From Malacoraja senta (Eukaryota): a stretch of DNA of 64,000 nucleotides. The first letter of the stretch is position 1, and every line of letters begins with the position of its first letter. The stretch is taken from the NCBI GenBank assembly GCA_038087875.1, contig CM075977.1, positions 227,726,001-227,790,000 on the forward strand, written 5' to 3'. Shown here one piece after another: positions 62,501 through 64,000 of the stretch. The notes beneath the pieces were generated by a model. That model was not told the origin of the DNA, did not search any database, and was given only the letters and a program-made list of their open reading frames with translations. The position numbers and the translations under genes are program-made.

Positions 62501-64000
62501 CTGGTTCCCTGTGCAAGAAGGGTTCAGATTATCTACATACCACTAATACTGTGAATGCAAACACGTTCCAACTGAAATATAGATGAATACCGGTCATTTA
62601 AACAGTAACTGCCATTTGTAGATCAGATGATGCAACTCATTTAATATATTCTAAGCTGAGAACAAATTATGTTCAAATCCGACTCCAATTATGTACTTTG
62701 TAAATTCTAGTAAACAGTGTTATCAAGTTTTGTGACAAACCCACTAATATTTTCTATTTAGCTCTACCCTCTGTATTCATTTTGGAATGAAGTATTTATA
62801 AAAGGAAACAAAGAATGGATATTGCAGAAGTACAAAATTCTGGACTACAACTGAGGCAATCTGTTGATTTCAACCAATTTATTTATTTTTTGTTTTATTA
62901 ATATAAACAATCACATGGAAGCTCTATCTTGCCTTATGTGCCATTTGTACAAAGGCTGTAAGTATCCAAGTAAAAAAATATAATAGGCTTTTATCTTAGC
63001 TTATATTTCATCTCCTTAGTTGTTGAATGCTAAGGCGGGCCATTGAAATGCTCCAATGCACTTAAGGCTAGGAGTAGAATTTAAAGCAAAACACTTTACT
63101 ATGAACTTCCTGGCTTTCACGACTCATAATCCGATCGTAAAATATCGTAAAAATCCATTGAGAAAACTGCTTTGAAGTTTTTTGTTTGGAAAGTCCCGAG
63201 ATTCTGAATGGAAACAGGAATAATCAAGGTGAGAATACTTCATAATTCATTAATACTAAGTGCATTTTACTTCATAGTTTCCACTGAAGTTATCAACAGT
63301 CATGAAAAAAAAACGAAATTTGAAGACAAAGAACAATCGTGAAAATGACATTGGCAGTTACTAGGATTTAGTAAGCCAGAGCACAATTGCCTGTGAAACT
63401 TTACCTATTGTTTTTCCCTCATTCTGCAAAGATAGTCTGCAAAATGTTCAATCATTTGAATTACTATTAGACATTGAAAGATACTTTGAAGTAGAAGATA
63501 CATTGGATTAGTTATTCACTTATGGATCCATTTTGGGAACAGGCAAGAGGATTACTGTTATTCAAAATTAGGTTTCTTGGATGCATTGTTGGCTTCACAT
63601 TTGGTATTACTGATGCAGAATTTTCTGCTTTTCTTAGCAGTGCAGCCATCTTTTTTTTTTAATACAAGTGAAATGTATTGTATGTTCCAGAGTCTCTATG
63701 CCCCAGTTACATAAATTTCCAATGAAATTCTTCTTTAAAAAATTCCAAGATTGATTGATTAAATGCCAAACTAACTAGGATACATTCTGTAAAGCATTTC
63801 CCAGGTATCCAAACTGCTTTGAAATACTCAAAACAGGATTTAATTGAATAGGAAAATGGAGATAAATACAGTATTTAATTAGAAGTGAATTAATGCATCA
63901 CCTGAAATTATGTTGTCACACCAATCAAGAAGATCACTGCATATTGATTGATCCTAGTTGCGCTGATGATGGTAAACCATCCTTGGACTAATAACAGAGA

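Overview
AT-rich, repeat-dominated vertebrate DNA with five assembly gaps and no host protein-coding gene that I can identify. The repeat set (HE1-like V-SINE with CR1 tail, Penelope/Poseidon fragments, Rex-Babar, CR1, RTE, L1) points to a cartilaginous fish, probably a skate or ray; this is inference. Main contents: (1) an ERV integrase relic split by an L1 3' fragment; (2) a 5'-truncated L1 with a 15-bp TSD inside a CR1; (3) an 11-kb Helitron (16688-27726) that splits an old CR1 and carries promoter-like modules, a satellite, a nested DIRS tyrosine-recombinase retrotransposon and a PIF1-type helicase ORF broken by a Harbinger MITE; (4) a Tc1 > Rex-Babar > Penelope nest; (5) a head-to-tail pair of non-autonomous Helitrons. 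The best leads are RNA-level and regulatory: a 128-bp TSD-flanked retroposon whose first nucleotide is G1 of a minimal, essentially P4-less, CPEB3-like HDV ribozyme fold (61622-61749, minus); about a dozen hammerhead-core-bearing Penelope modules, many starting right at the catalytic core; and a TATA-ETS-Inr-exon-splice donor cassette repeated in the Helitrons. All calls are by eye, with no searches run.
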